A stretch of DNA of 64,000 bases from Coniocarpon cinnabarinum (lineage: Eukaryota), in assembly GCA_051942205.1 (NCBI GenBank), contig JAVECO010000012.1, forward strand, positions 124,001 to 188,000, written 5' to 3'. Below are positions 34,203 to 46,310 of the stretch, piece after piece (positions within the stretch are counted from its first letter, which is position 1; each line of letters opens with the position of its first letter). The notes under the pieces were generated by a model. That model saw only the letters and a list, made by a program, of their open reading frames with translations. It did not search any database and was not told the DNA's origin. A program made the position numbers and the translations under genes.

Positions 34203-35015
34203 TCAACCCAGCACAAGGGCCTCCTGCTGTTTGCTGATGACCGGGAGCATTTCGCTAAGCTTGTTGGCATCGCGCAGCATATTAGGCACGTCCTGTCCAG
34301 TGGAAGCAAGCTTTCTTCGGACAGTCTCAAACTGCTCCTCGCGCTCAATGCTCTCGCGAATGACCTCACGCGTGCCAAATTCCACGAAGACACGGGTGTC
34401 CCTGATCCTAAAAACAACCTCGTCTAGCCTCATGGAAAAGCGGCTGAGTAGAAGCAGGCGATCTGGCATGACCCTGATTTTGATTGAGAGCATTGTGATG
34501 CCATTGTCCGCGAGCTCATCTTCGTAGAGCATGACCTCATCAAAGAACTTGATTGGATCAGGGCGCTTCAGAAGGTCTAAGGGTATGGGCTTTGTGCTGG
34601 CCTGAAACTGGGGCCCGTCACGTGCAACAGTTCCCTTGTAGTCAGTGCTGTACGACCAATCAAAGGGTTTGACAACTTCTCTAATATCCCCTTGATGATG
34701 CTCTCGACTCTTTTGCCATTCTGACGAATGCGCGACTTGCAGCATCGAATTGCCAGTCTTGTCCACACGATCGAGGGCGTCGAACGCATTGAAGTTGATC
34801 GACCAGCCGGTGTCAGGATGCTCGATTGCCACATAATTATCACCGAATATCATCTCAGGTGGAGCGATCCCCAGTTTTTTGGTCATGTCTTCAATGGGGC
34901 CAGCCTTTAGGATTGGTAATTTTTGTGTGATGATCCTGAACCCGCGATGGTCGAGCGTATTCGGCTTGCCCGCCTGACCTGGGTAGGGTTCTGTCATGCC
35001 TCCATTCGCAGCCAT
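34203..35015 (-). CDS. TIP41: TIP41/TIPRL PP2A-family phosphatase regulator
   Basis: PEMIFGDN, VVKPFDWSYSTDYKG, FFDEVMLYEDELADNGITMLSIKIRVMP, RLDEVVFRIRDTR; intronless ORF. Confidence 0.95.
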   Translation of the reverse strand: MAANGGMTEPYPGQAGKPNTLDHRGFRIITQKLPILKAGPIEDMTKKLGIAPPEMIFGDNYVAIEHPDTGWSINFNAFDALDRVDKTGNSMLQVAHSSEWQKSREHHQGDIREVVKPFDWSYSTDYKGTVARDGPQFQASTKPIPLDLLKRPDPIKFFDEVMLYEDELADNGITMLSIKIRVMPDRLLLLSRFSMRLDEVVFRIRDTRVFVEFGTREVIRESIEREEQFETVRRKLASTGQDVPNMLRDANKLSEMLPVISKQQEALVLG

Positions 35016-35274
35016 GACGGTGGCGAAGCACTCTGCAAAGCATACAGTGCTCGTCACTATCAAGTTGTATTCATTGCAAGTGAAATTGAACCAGCTTTGA
35101 GATCAGCGTTGATCATCGCCATAAATGACGGGCGGAGATAAGCATCGGACTTTGGAGAGGCGGTTGCTCCGTGAGACACTCCCTTTGTTTACCTATCTTT
35201 GTCGCCTCATTTTTCGTGCGGAAACTGTCCTTACCGGCAGTCCCAGCGCAAGATACGGTCATACCATCGTCAAC

Positions 35275-36642
35275 ATGTCTATTAGAATGCTTGAGTCCAA
35301 GCTCGAGCACATGACGGTCAATGACGAGAACGGTCCCGCCAATAATGCTGGCTATCACAAGTCCAAAGTTGGTCTTTGCCCGCTTGTTAGTACTGCACGA
35401 AGCTGACTGTCTACGATAGGGCTCTCTGTCAACAGCAATGTCTATGTCCGGCCTCGGAGCTGCGGGCGGACAATTGAGTGCAAGCACGAATCGCATGAAT
35501 CTCCTCAAGATCGCAGTGAAAGGCCCAAATGAGACGAGCGCGCCAACCAAAGCAAAAGTCACTTTGCCATCACAGGCTGCACAATGGCGAGACTCGCACG
35601 CGCCGCGAGGCTCCTCTCCTCCTCGAACACTTCGCGTCATGAACGCTTCAATATCATCAAGACCGTCGGACGAATCTGTGGAGTCGCAGAGGTTGTCTGA
35701 TCCCAATTACCTTGCACCGCATGCGCCGGCGAAGAAGTGGCACCTGGGAATGTTTGAGATCGGCAAACCACTCGGCAAAGGGAAGTTTGGTCGGGTATAC
35801 TTGGCCAAAGAAAAGGGGACCGGTTTCGTTTGCGCCTTGAAGGTCCTCCACAAGTCTGAACTTCAACAGGGCAAGGTCGAGAAGCAGACAAGGCGCGAGA
35901 TCGAGATCCAGTCAAACCTTGCTCACCCCAACATCTTGCGGCTATATGGGCACTTCCATGACAGTAAACGCATCTTCCTCATCTTAGAATTCGCCGGCAA
36001 GGGAGAGTTATATAAGCATCTCCGCAAAGAGAATCGCTTCCCTGAATGGAAGGCTGCACAGTATATCGCACAGATGGCTTCAGCACTCAGATACCTGCAC
36101 AAGAAGCATGTTATGCATCGCGACATCAAGCCTGAAAACATTTTGGTTGGTATCCATGGCGAAGTAAAGATCTCGGACTTTGGTTGGTCGGTCCATGCGC
36201 CCAACAACAGGCGAAACACCATGTGCGGAACGCTGGATTATTTGCCCCCAGAGATGCTGAAACCTGGGAATCAAGACAACTTCTACAGCCATAGAGTCGA
36301 CCTGTGGAGTCTTGGCGTCCTGATGTATGAGTTTCTCGTAGGGGAAGCGCCTTTTGAAGATACGCCGACAATGACTCAACGGCGAATAGCGCGATGTGAG
36401 ATGTCCGTGCCATCATTTGTCTCGTCAGAGGGTCGAGATCTGATCAAGAAGGTATGTCCAAAATCCGTACAAAAAAGTGTGCTTGTGCTAACTCGCTGCA
36501 GCTGCTAGTTCTTGACCCAGAAAAGCGACTTAGCCTGGACGATGTGCAAAAGCATCCGTGGATCCTCAAGCATTGTGCAAAACCCGACCCGAACGTAAAG
36601 CGCGAGTCAGCCTCCAACAAGCCCAGCAGGGATGACTTATAA
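35275..36642 (+). CDS. IPL1: Aurora kinase (Ipl1/Ark1)
   Basis: Introns 35368-35419 and 36452-36501; [59 protein letters not shown]. Confidence 0.97.
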
Positions 36643-36795
36643 CAATGACCGAACACAAAACCAGCACTGCTGAAGCGTGCTCTGCATTGGTGGCGCAAGG
36701 TCCGACTTTTTCGCCTTGGTTGGGAGTTGGGTATCAAGGTCGTTTCAGCACCCTTCATGACGCGGAGTGAAGGGAATAAGCTCGTTTACTTCACC

Positions 36796-37596
36796 TCATC
36801 GATAGATCTCGTCAAATGGCCGTGTATCTGCGAAACAATTCTCCCAAACTTCATTCACAATCTTTACGGCTTGCACGTCATCTTGACAATCTTTCCGCGC
36901 ACTGACTGACTGAACAGCGCGCCTTCGAACACAGTCTTGAAACAATGAGGTGAATTTGTATCGCTGCTTTCTCTGCCAAAACTCCCTCAGCCATCGACAC
37001 TCGCCGCTTAACATGCTCGCTCGTATCTGAGGCATGTTAGTCACGCTTGTCGACTCAGCCTAACAATCCCTGCGCCATACCTCTGTGCATGCTGCATGCC
37101 TTAGATTGGTCTCATCGTACTTGAAGCGCATGTAGTCGTACGCATGAACCATCTCATGTGCTAAAGCATCCTCTTGTTCGCCCTTGTTCGGCAGATGGTT
37201 TGCGCAAAGCAGTATTCCAAAGTCTTTTGAGAATGCCGCTTTCTTCAACTGTGCCGCGCCTCCGCCTAGCGAGTCGCATCTCCGGCATACCACGTTCTTG
37301 TCATTGAGCTCGCCTCCTAACATCGCCGTCTTCTCTTGCATGAACCGCACCACCGGCGAGTATTCGAAGAGCCAGTCCCTCCAGCCCTCGCAGCGCTTGC
37401 ATATCTCTTCCTCCCGCGCGATTGCGTCTGCATGAATGTACTCTTGGGTTTCGCGGTTCGTGGCGGTGCTTGTTAGGATGCTGAAAAAGCGTGACCATGT
37501 GTACCAGGTAGAGTCGTATGTTGTTGTTGGATGCTTAGGGTCGAACACTTTGAGTTGGGAGGATGCCGCCGCATCTCCAGCGCCGTCCGTTGACAT
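36796..37596 (-). CDS. ATP23: Mitochondrial inner-membrane metalloprotease Atp23 (peptidase M76)
   Basis: [10 protein letters not shown] (HEXXH), [16 protein letters not shown] across intron 37027-37080, and [13 protein letters not shown] end. Confidence 0.95.
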
Positions 37597-37963
37597 TGCG
37601 GCGCTTGTGAATGTCGATTATTGATCAAGTGGCGATCCAAGTCATTTCCAATCACCGCTGTCGCCGTAGCTTGGAAGCAGAAATCACATCCTTATAGGCA
37701 GTTTTCATCTTCAGCTCCGAATTCGCACAAGATGAAAGAAAGTTTAGAGGTTGTAGAAACTCACAGCTTACAGTAAAAATGCACGAACTCGCGTCGTTCT
37801 GGGTGTCGGTGGCCTCTCACAGCCTACGGTGGTCCGAAGGTGGAGTAAAATTCCAAGACCGAACTGAGCGTCAAGCATGTGCAGCGGACGTCGATACTTT
37901 TGAAACAACCCATGCCTCGAGTCTTCTACAAGCAAAAGAGGAAGCAAAAGTTGATTTGTGAGA

Positions 37964-39536
37964 ATGGTGAAGCATCCCACAATAGTTATCAAGCTTGGTA
38001 ATTTGGCTCTCCAAACTTTTTCAGTGCTTTTCAAACTGAACGTATGAAGGAACATCCTCCATCGTCGACGAACACACGCACCAGCCGCTGCTTTCTATCC
38101 TTTCCCTCATAGTCGAAACTGCTGTTGCTCTGCGCCGCAATGGATCTCGAGTCATCATCGTCTCGTCCGGTGCCATTGGGTTCGCCCTGGCGAAGACCGG
38201 GCTCCCAAGGCGACCGAAACACTTGCCCCAGGTTCAAGCGCTCGCAGCGATAGGACAGTGTCGGCTCATGGGCTTATGGGACCAGCTCTTTGATCGGCTT
38301 GGCCAGAGCATAGCTCAGATACTGCTCACGAGGAATGACATAGCAGATCGTGCTCAATATCTAAACGCTCAAAACACATTCATGGAGCTTCTGGATATGG
38401 GTGTGATACCAATCGTGAATGAGAACGACACGGTGGCTGTTGCTGAGATTCTGGACAAATTTGGAGACAATGACACCCTCAGCGCAATTACAGCTGGAAT
38501 GGTCAGCGCTGATTACCTGTTCTTGATGACCGATGTGGACGCCTTATACGACAAGAATCCCCGCAAATTTCTCGATGCCAAACCCATTGAAGTCGTAGAA
38601 GACATTGCCAAGCTTGAAGCAGACACGTCAAGCGCTGGAAGCTCTTTAGGAACGGGCGGTATGTCAACCAAGATCATAGCAGCGAGATTAGCGATTGCCG
38701 CTGGGGTTACCACCGTGATCACGAAAAGCAGCAAACCCGGCAATGTGCTGGGCATCGTTAAATACCTGGAAGAAAAGAAGGCGCAACAGAGGTTCTGGGG
38801 TCCGGAGACTGACGGAGCACCCATCGAAGGGCAGAGCAGCATCCCAACCACACCAGGTCTTATGGTCGAAGAATCTGCCCCAATACACACTCGCTTCTTG
38901 CCGCTTGACAACCCGATTGGCGATCGTCACTTTTGGTTGCTACACGGCTTACGTCCTCACGGAACAGTATATATCGATCCAGGTGCAACAAAAGCCCTCA
39001 CGGCCAAAGCAGGCTTACTTCCAGCGGGAATTGTGGACGTGGACGGGGCATTTGCACAACAAGAATGCGTAAGATTAGTCGAGGTCCCCAAGCGTAAGCC
39101 GCCGTTGCAACCATCGCCTTCACAGCCCTCATTACCAAGATCAGAACTAGCAGACACGAGTGTCAGTGTGCCTTCGAACGGGCCGCCAAGGATCGTGAGG
39201 ATACCGAGCAGTCCGTCGGTAGCACATTTGAGAGGGAAATCTGTAGAAGGCACACCTGCAGTCGCTACGGACCCAGCCGCCAGGGAAGTGGGCAGGGCGA
39301 TCGTCAACTACTCTGCTACTGAAGTAAAGCGCATTGCTGGTCTGAAGAGTTCCGAGATCGCCAAAATGCTTGGCTTTTCTGACAGCGAATATGTCGCTCT
39401 AAGGGAGAACATTGCGCTGTCTGATATTAGTGAAAAGCCAAGTCAGCCCGTATCGCCCCGAGACAATAGCGACCCGGAATCATATTCTCAGAGTAGTGGT
39501 CAAGCCGGCATGATAGCTCCAGCAGTTGTCACATAA
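37964..39536 (+). CDS. PRO1: Glutamate 5-kinase with PUA domain
   Basis: IVIKLG|TSSI across intron 37998-38049; VSSGAI, IPIVNENDT, FGDNDTLSA, GTGGMSTKI, C-terminal PUA segments. Confidence 0.96.
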
Positions 39537-39679
39537 TTATAGAACTTCAGCATTGAGTCAATGCACTGTATAGAGTGCGAAACTTGGCTCAGCCTTTCTA
39601 AACATTCATCGTACACCCCTCAACCGTTTTGCCGCAGCTTTTCCGCATCCATACGTGCTAGTCCATGCATGATGAGGAT

Positions 39680-40175
39680 CTATTGCTTCGCCTTCTGATC
39701 ATCCGCTTCAGCGTTCTTCAAGAATTCTCTGCAGAGACTTAGTCAGCCACAAATACCAAGTCGACCTCCATTGGACGTGAAAATGGTCTCTGCCGAGTGT
39801 GATCTTGTGAATGTTGTCTGGCGACCAACTCACGAGATAAACGCCTCCTCCTCTTTGCTGCTTGCCTGGATTGGCGGTTGTGCCTTCTGTCCACCGTTTT
39901 GCTTGCTCTTGTCACCACCACCGCGCATTGCGAAAGCGGTACCGCCGAACACCGTGCCAAGCGTGGCCATTGCAAGCTGCAAGAGTAATGTCAGTGGAGT
40001 TAGGTCTAGTTTTGCGCGTATTGCAACAGTCCAGGCTGTCTCCTTGACGCTATGTCTCAAGCGGATCGGGCACTGTCTATGCTTTTCGATGGCTTTAATT
40101 CGTTGCATAGTGCTAGGACGGACATACAACGTGTGATCCAACCTGTCGGCCTGCTATTGTGTAGTATGCGACCAT
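39680..40175 (-). CDS. ATP19: ATP synthase subunit k (Atp19), 3 exons
   Basis: Exons 40175-40128, 39976-39834, 39728-39680: MVAYYTIAGRQVGSHVLAMATLG...PPIQASSKEEEAFISEFLKNAE. Confidence 0.92.
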
Positions 40176-40373
40176 CTTGGTGTTGGAGAAAGGTTGGAGT
40201 CGGGACAGGAAAGATGTCAGGTGCAAGACGTCTAAATGGTCGAGCTGAGAGTATACAAGCTGTCGCAAAGCTCCAAAAGAGACTGTTCACAGGCACTCAG
40301 GTCCAGATCCACTTCCGATGAACCTAGATGAAAGCTGGGAGTACATTGAAGTTGCGAGGAGCTCAATGTTTGG

Positions 40374-40386
40374 AACCCTAACCCTA
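40374..40386. promoter_or_regulatory. Telomere-like motif AACCCTAACCCTA in the divergent ATP19/SDR intergenic region
   Basis: Two tandem CCCTAA-register units about 200 bp upstream of the ATP19 ATG; function inferred only. Confidence 0.35.
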
Positions 40387-40921
40387 GACTAGAAATCTCC
40401 TCGCTTAAGTCATGATTTTCCTCCTTTTACAACCCAGGTCAAGCCTAAGACTAGATCCCTCGAGGCAATCTTGTCTCATCCCAGCACCGTCTTGAGCAAA
40501 GTTCATGCACCTTCAGAATGGCATTGGCATGGTCGAGGTCGCTCAGTCGTACTGTTGAGGCGCAGCGATTATGATTAATGTCGCGTGTGACCACTCATCA
40601 CTGTCGCGTTTTTGGGCAGCTTCCAGCGGGTCGAGGCACAATACTAATGTCTCATCAGACCCTTCGACTGCAAACGCGCTGCAATGAGTCGTGGGAGCTT
40701 TTCTTTCGAGTTGTAGGTGACGAGCAAGCGCCATTAGTGGGGCTGCGATCTCTTGATCGAAATGCAGGTACCGATGATGATGTCAAGTCTTTGAGCGTTG
40801 TAAGAGCTCACACAGACCGTGGTACATTGCTCCCCATCCCGCTTTTCGTTGATTCTATAAGAACCTGTCTTATATTTTGAAGTAAGAACATCGCAGGAAA
40901 ACCAAGCAAAGTATTTTCACC

Positions 40922-42029
40922 ATGTCTCAAGACCAGACTCATTTTGAAGTATCACAGCTCTTTAATGTGCAGGGCAAGATAGCCCTTGTCACTGGTGGTG
41001 CAACTGGCATCGGGTTGATGTGAGTGGCACCGTCGCAAACAATGAAGGCCGCACCAGTTGGCGTTTGGCTTGGCAATATTTGACTTAACTCCGTGCTCAT
41101 GCCATTGCCAGGTGCGCACAAGCTTTGGCTGTCAACGGGGCAAAGACATACATTGTTGGTCGCCGAGAAGACCGTCTTGAGACAAGCGCAAAGAGATACG
41201 GTCCCCACGCTTCTGGCGAGATCATTGCACTACCGGGAGACATCACATCAAAGCCTGAGCTTAAGCGACTTGCGGACGAGGTCGAGTCCCGTGAGGGAAG
41301 ACTTGACATTCTCGTCAACAATGCTGGTGTTGCAGGAGCTCCAAAGGGCGATCAGGCTCGCAATGTTACCGGCGGTCCTGAGAGCAAATTCGAGGGCAAG
41401 AATGCTACCGAAGTTCGAGATAGGCTATTCGCGGACAATGATACTTACCAAACGTGGGATGATATCTATCGAATAAACACTGCTGCGATCTATTTCACAT
41501 CTGTAGCTTTCCTACCACTCTTGGAGAAGTCGACAAACGTGAACCCTGGCTGGAGCGGCACCATCATTAATATCACGTAGGCTTCGCCGCGCGACCATCC
41601 CCTGCCCTAGATATGCTGACTTTTGAATAGTTCGATCTCAGGCATCACCAAACAGTCCCAGGCTCACTTTGCCTACAACTCCAGCAAAGGTGCAGCGATC
41701 CACGTGAATGAGATGTTTGCCACTGAGCTCGCAAACAACAAGATAAAGATCAGGTGCAATGCGATTGCACCAGGTGTTTACCCATCGGAAATGACTGCGA
41801 TGGGGTCTGACACGACCACGAACAAGAGCGAGTTGGCCAAGGAAGACTTTCTTCACATACCCTCGCAACGACCAGGCAGTGAAAGGGATATGGCCAATGC
41901 TGTCCTCTTCATGGCCACAAACCAGTATCTCAATGGCCAGACGGTGCCGGTCGATGGTGGATGGTAAGTGACGGATTCCGTTACGAGGTAAAGCGTTGGC
42001 TAATCTCCTGTAGGCTGCTCGTAAACTAA
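40922..42029 (+). CDS. Short-chain dehydrogenase/reductase
   Basis: TGGATGIG, LVNNAG, YNSSK, IAPGVYPSEMT, VDGG; introns 41020-41111, 41577-41630, 41964-42013. Confidence 0.95.
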
Positions 42030-42186
42030 CGACACAATGCGCACACGCGAAACGAATTTGCCAGTGGGAAACAAGCGAGGAGTCCAAGCATGTCCAGCTT
42101 GACGTCTCTAATGATTATCTATCTAAGAGTCGCGATACCTTACACAAAATCGAAGCAGAATAAGTGTCGTACAGTTCATGCGACGT

Positions 42187-43062
42187 CTACAGCTCCTTTT
42201 TGCTTTCTCCGTGTGCTCGACCCGTTACAGCCTCAGAGCCACCCCACAGCTCGAAACCCCTGTGGAAACTCCAACTAACAGCTGTCTCCACTGGCTCATC
42301 AAATATAAAAGGCAGTGCCGGCACCACCACCAACCCAAGCCCGATGGGTCCCCACGTTCGTATTCTTACGTTCTTCACATTCTTCAAATATCGCCCACTT
42401 TGTTTTACTATCGTGTGTATCGTAAATGCCGGCAGACCCATCGATGCGATACTCTGGAACACCGCACGCTCTGCCATCACAGTCCTGTAATCATCAATCG
42501 GCGCTATCCTTCCAGGTGTCGGCTGCACCAGATCTCTCGCGGCGGCCGCTACTCCCTTCGCCGTCTCAGTTACCTCCGCCTCTTTCGCAGCCAGCGCACT
42601 TTGTTTCACGTCTTTGCTGGCGGTGTGCACAGCACCCGTGTCCTCCTCCGGATGTAAGGTAGCTTGATTCCGTGTATACGCTTTATACCCCTCATTCGCC
42701 ACGTCACCCGTCAAATACGCCCAACTTATCCCATACGCAGAGCGAACGAGCCACGGATGTGCGACTGGCCGAAAACTCTCGCCGATGTCGCTGGTGTAGG
42801 CGATGTACCGATGCGCGGCTCGAAGAATTGTTCTCGCGCGAGCGGCGTAGGCGGCGTAGCGGGCGTTTGTCTCGGTGGTGTCGGGACCGGAGCCCTCGGT
42901 CATGGCTTCCCATAATTTTTCGTCGTTGTCGAGGGTTTGTTGGAGTTGTTTGGGGAGTTTTGTGGGAGCTGGTGGTTGGGAGAAGTCTGGGCGTGATGAG
43001 GTCCGTGGAGGAGGCTGCGAGGCTTCGTTGGCGGCGCTATTGAGCTCGCCATCTTGTGGCAT
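42187..43062 (-). CDS. MTP18: Mitochondrial fission process protein 1 (MTP18/MTFP1 family)
   Basis: RYAAY...RYIAYTSDIGESFRPVAHP, YGISWAY, FQSIASMGLPAFTIH, PFIFDEPVE. Confidence 0.9.
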   Translation of the reverse strand: MPQDGELNSAANEASQPPPRTSSRPDFSQPPAPTKLPKQLQQTLDNDEKLWEAMTEGSGPDTTETNARYAAYAARARTILRAAHRYIAYTSDIGESFRPVAHPWLVRSAYGISWAYLTGDVANEGYKAYTRNQATLHPEEDTGAVHTASKDVKQSALAAKEAEVTETAKGVAAAARDLVQPTPGRIAPIDDYRTVMAERAVFQSIASMGLPAFTIHTIVKQSGRYLKNVKNVRIRTWGPIGLGLVVVPALPFIFDEPVETAVSWSFHRGFELWGGSEAVTGRAHGESKKEL

Positions 43063-43442
43063 TTTGGGCGATTGTGAATGTGTTGCAAGAAGTTTGGTTG
43101 ATTGTCGAAGTAACCAATGCGTAGAACGTTCGAATGCCAAAATCAGCCTTAGGGTATACAGAATGATGTAGCCACATTAAATGCCGGACTGATAGTAGCT
43201 TCTCCAGATTTTTGTGGTCCAGGCTCTTGAATTGTTGGCAGCTGGCCAATGTCGAAGAGTGCTGTCACATGCTAGTCATCTCGGAAAGGCCGCAGAGTTC
43301 GCAGGGTAATCCAACCCTGGCGCGTCAAAATTCAAAACAACGCGTTGACCGCAAGAGCTCGTCATCGATGCACTCATTCGACTCTCCAATCATCCTTATC
43401 CTCGTCTCACGAAGGCGAAAGCGCTCCTGACAGGTCTCCAAA

Positions 43443-45449
43443 ATGCCGCGACCTCCAGTAAAGCGCAAACACCATCTCAACATCATAAAGCGCGTCAGCG
43501 GCCAATCGCGCGGTCCCGCCGAATCCGCCACGACGCGCACAATCGACTATCCCACCAAATCGCAACTCGAAAAGCTTGCGCCGGCGGAGCGCGAAGTCTT
43601 GAGACAGGCGCAACGTGAAGTCTCAGTCAATGCGAGCTCCGATAGCGATCACCTCGTTCGACGCAATCGTCAGAGTTCCAACGCCAAATCGCACGATGAT
43701 CCAACGCTCATGTATGGAGCGCTTGGCGCCACGATGTCTCCGAAGACGGCACGGGCGCATCGACGAGAGCTAGAGAGCGACGCGACGAGGCGGGTGAGGC
43801 ATTCGATGCACAAAGATGCGGCGAAACAGGTGTTGAGGAAGCCGAGCGAGAAGTTTCACGAAAAGGCGAGATCTTTGCGAGGGAAGCAAGAGAAGACAGG
43901 TGATGCGTCAAGTCCGTTAGCATGGAGTTCAGAAGAAGTGACTGGCAGTCCTATTACGCACGACTTCGAGGGCCAAGAAAGGGACATGGATGGGAGCAGC
44001 AGCGATCCTCTCACTTCAACCAAAAAGATCAAGGCCACCAAAGACCAAGAGCGTCGTGATCCCGTCAATGCACCATCTCGCGCTGTGTCGAAAAGTCGCG
44101 CCGCTCCATCGTCCAAAACGAGTGGCGCTGCAGCGCCCAAAGTCCCCGCCACGCCTTCGTTTCTCGCCATCGCCAATTTCAAACGCAGACCGCGTCAGCC
44201 GAGTTTACTCAGTCAAGTCCAGCGCGCGGAAAGCAGACGAAATAGCATTTCGACCGTTGGATCGCGAGAGCATCCCGCAGATCTAGACCAGGATGAGCAG
44301 GACGACAGTGTGTTGACTTTCCGTGACATTGATGCGCCTGAAGATGTCGCTCTAGACATTGCAGAGACGGAACCGCCCAGGACTAGTAGCTCTCGCAAAC
44401 GCAAACGCCTTGAGGCGAACGTTGACGTGCAAATGGAGGCAAGCCAATCGCCGGGAAGCTCACCGCCCGATGTCGCTCTGTCGTCTGAACATCACTCAGT
44501 CGAGCAATCTCCAGAGCTTGATATTGACGGCGTGATTGCAAACTCCCAACCTAAACGACCACGAACAAGCCACGCTTCAAGTCGAGACTCGCAGCATACG
44601 ACCTACTCTTCGCCACCTGCATCGCACCATCGCACATCTCAACAGCTCTCCTCACAACCACGCACGAGACGGCATCCGCCAAGAACACCAGCACGACTCT
44701 CTTCACCAGTTGACGCAACCTCACCCCTTTCCACACCCGACTCCTCTCCAATCCAACCAGACCAACCCGACCAACCCATTTCAACCTCCAAACCTGCTCC
44801 TTCCAAATCATCGAACTCCCAGAATACCACGCGCAAATCCACAGCCGCCGCAAAGTCAAAGAAAGCCGAAGACAAGCCACTCACCTCCACTGAACTGACC
44901 GCATTCCTCCCTCGTCGCACAACGCGTCGTCGACAACGCAGGAAACGCGACGAGTTTCAAGTCCTCTCTACAGATGATGAGGATGAAGAGCGTTCTGAGC
45001 TTAGTGAAGTGGACGCAGAGACGGGTGATGAAAGCAGTGATGAGTTGGCTGCTTCGTCCCGTGCACGTCGCAACGCTTCGTCGCGGATCCTCAAGGCCAA
45101 GGACGCGAATGCGAAGATGAAGACTAAGACGCCTGTCAAATCTCCTGCTAATCTCCATAACAAAGAGAAGCAGAAAAAGAATAAGACATACGGTCGACGC
45201 AGCGAAGCCGACTTCGAACCCGAGAATGAAGCGGTGGATCACGACTCACAAGCGGACACGGACCACGAAGACGAATCCACCGATCACGTTACTAGTGCGA
45301 AAAAGGGAAGAATGGGCCAGGCGAAGGCCAGTGGGAAAAGTCGAGAGATTCAAGCTGCGAAGGCTAAATTTGAGGAGGTGGATGAGTGGGAATTGAGCTT
45401 TGAGAGCGCGGACATTGGGGCGGGCGGTGATAGTAGTCCCTGGCGATGA
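43443..45449 (+). CDS. 668-aa disordered nuclear protein, probable sororin-like cohesin regulator
   Basis: Intronless ORF, basic/Ser-rich, with short islands NFKRRPRQPSLL, LTAFLPRR, KTYGRR and C-terminal KFEEVDEWELSFE. The CDS is secure; the sororin call is inference. Confidence 0.7.
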   Translation: MPRPPVKRKHHLNIIKRVSGQSRGPAESATTRTIDYPTKSQLEKLAPAEREVLRQAQREVSVNASSDSDHLVRRNRQSSNAKSHDDPTLMYGALGATMSPKTARAHRRELESDATRRVRHSMHKDAAKQVLRKPSEKFHEKARSLRGKQEKTGDASSPLAWSSEEVTGSPITHDFEGQERDMDGSSSDPLTSTKKIKATKDQERRDPVNAPSRAVSKSRAAPSSKTSGAAAPKVPATPSFLAIANFKRRPRQPSLLSQVQRAESRRNSISTVGSREHPADLDQDEQDDSVLTFRDIDAPEDVALDIAETEPPRTSSSRKRKRLEANVDVQMEASQSPGSSPPDVALSSEHHSVEQSPELDIDGVIANSQPKRPRTSHASSRDSQHTTYSSPPASHHRTSQQLSSQPRTRRHPPRTPARLSSPVDATSPLSTPDSSPIQPDQPDQPISTSKPAPSKSSNSQNTTRKSTAAAKSKKAEDKPLTSTELTAFLPRRTTRRRQRRKRDEFQVLSTDDEDEERSELSEVDAETGDESSDELAASSRARRNASSRILKAKDANAKMKTKTPVKSPANLHNKEKQKKNKTYGRRSEADFEPENEAVDHDSQADTDHEDESTDHVTSAKKGRMGQAKASGKSREIQAAKAKFEEVDEWELSFESADIGAGGDSSPWR

Positions 45450-46310
45450 TTCACACCGTTCTAGCTACGCGACTGATGCGTTCGCGTATCTGGCGACATT
45501 CTGGTACGATAACCAAATAAGGACGAGAAGAATCGCGAGTAGAGACCGTAAGGATACAGACGGAGGATAGGCAGATAGCAGCGGACGAGCACGGGTAGAG
45601 CTGCAGTTGCTTAGCGATCTGTGGACTCCTGAATGCAGGAGGGTCGTGATAAGAGTGGTTGTGTTGATGTGTGAGACTTAGTGAGAGCTGCGAAACCTGA
45701 GACCTATTCGCCCACTTAAAGGTTCAACTTTCAATCTCATCTCATTCCTACAGCCTACGCTAAGTCTTGCCAGTTGAAAGCATACCATTCGATTGCTTAC
45801 TGATTGAAGCTTGCCAATGGCAAGATCATAATTTGACAATTTAAACAGGTGGCAAATAGTACGTGGCCAATAGCGGCTAATCCAGAGTGGCAAATGTAGG
45901 TGAAGCACATTACGGCAGGGTAACGTAAATCCTCGCCAAAAAACCGAAAACGCGAGTGAAGTTGCTGTTATGTATACGGCAAGATGCCAAAACGACGCAA
46001 GCAAGCCGGCGGGTCGTAATTGCAGCGTGGACGAGGAAACGACGCAAGTGCTGTTGATCTCATGCTGATAAAAGAGTGCAAGGTGTCATGCTTCATAGTT
46101 CGAGCTTCTAACCTACGTGATCCATCAAAACGCCCAAATAATGGTATCAATCACATTGGCCGCGCCGGTCTCTACTATGGCTTGCGTAAGCGCCCCGACA
46201 AGGCTGTGGAGTGAGCAATCACACAGTGGGCGACTGCCAGTCAAACGACCACATGTCCAACGGCCGCTGGACTGTCATACTCAATAGACCGACTTCTTTA
46301 CACCAGCGCC

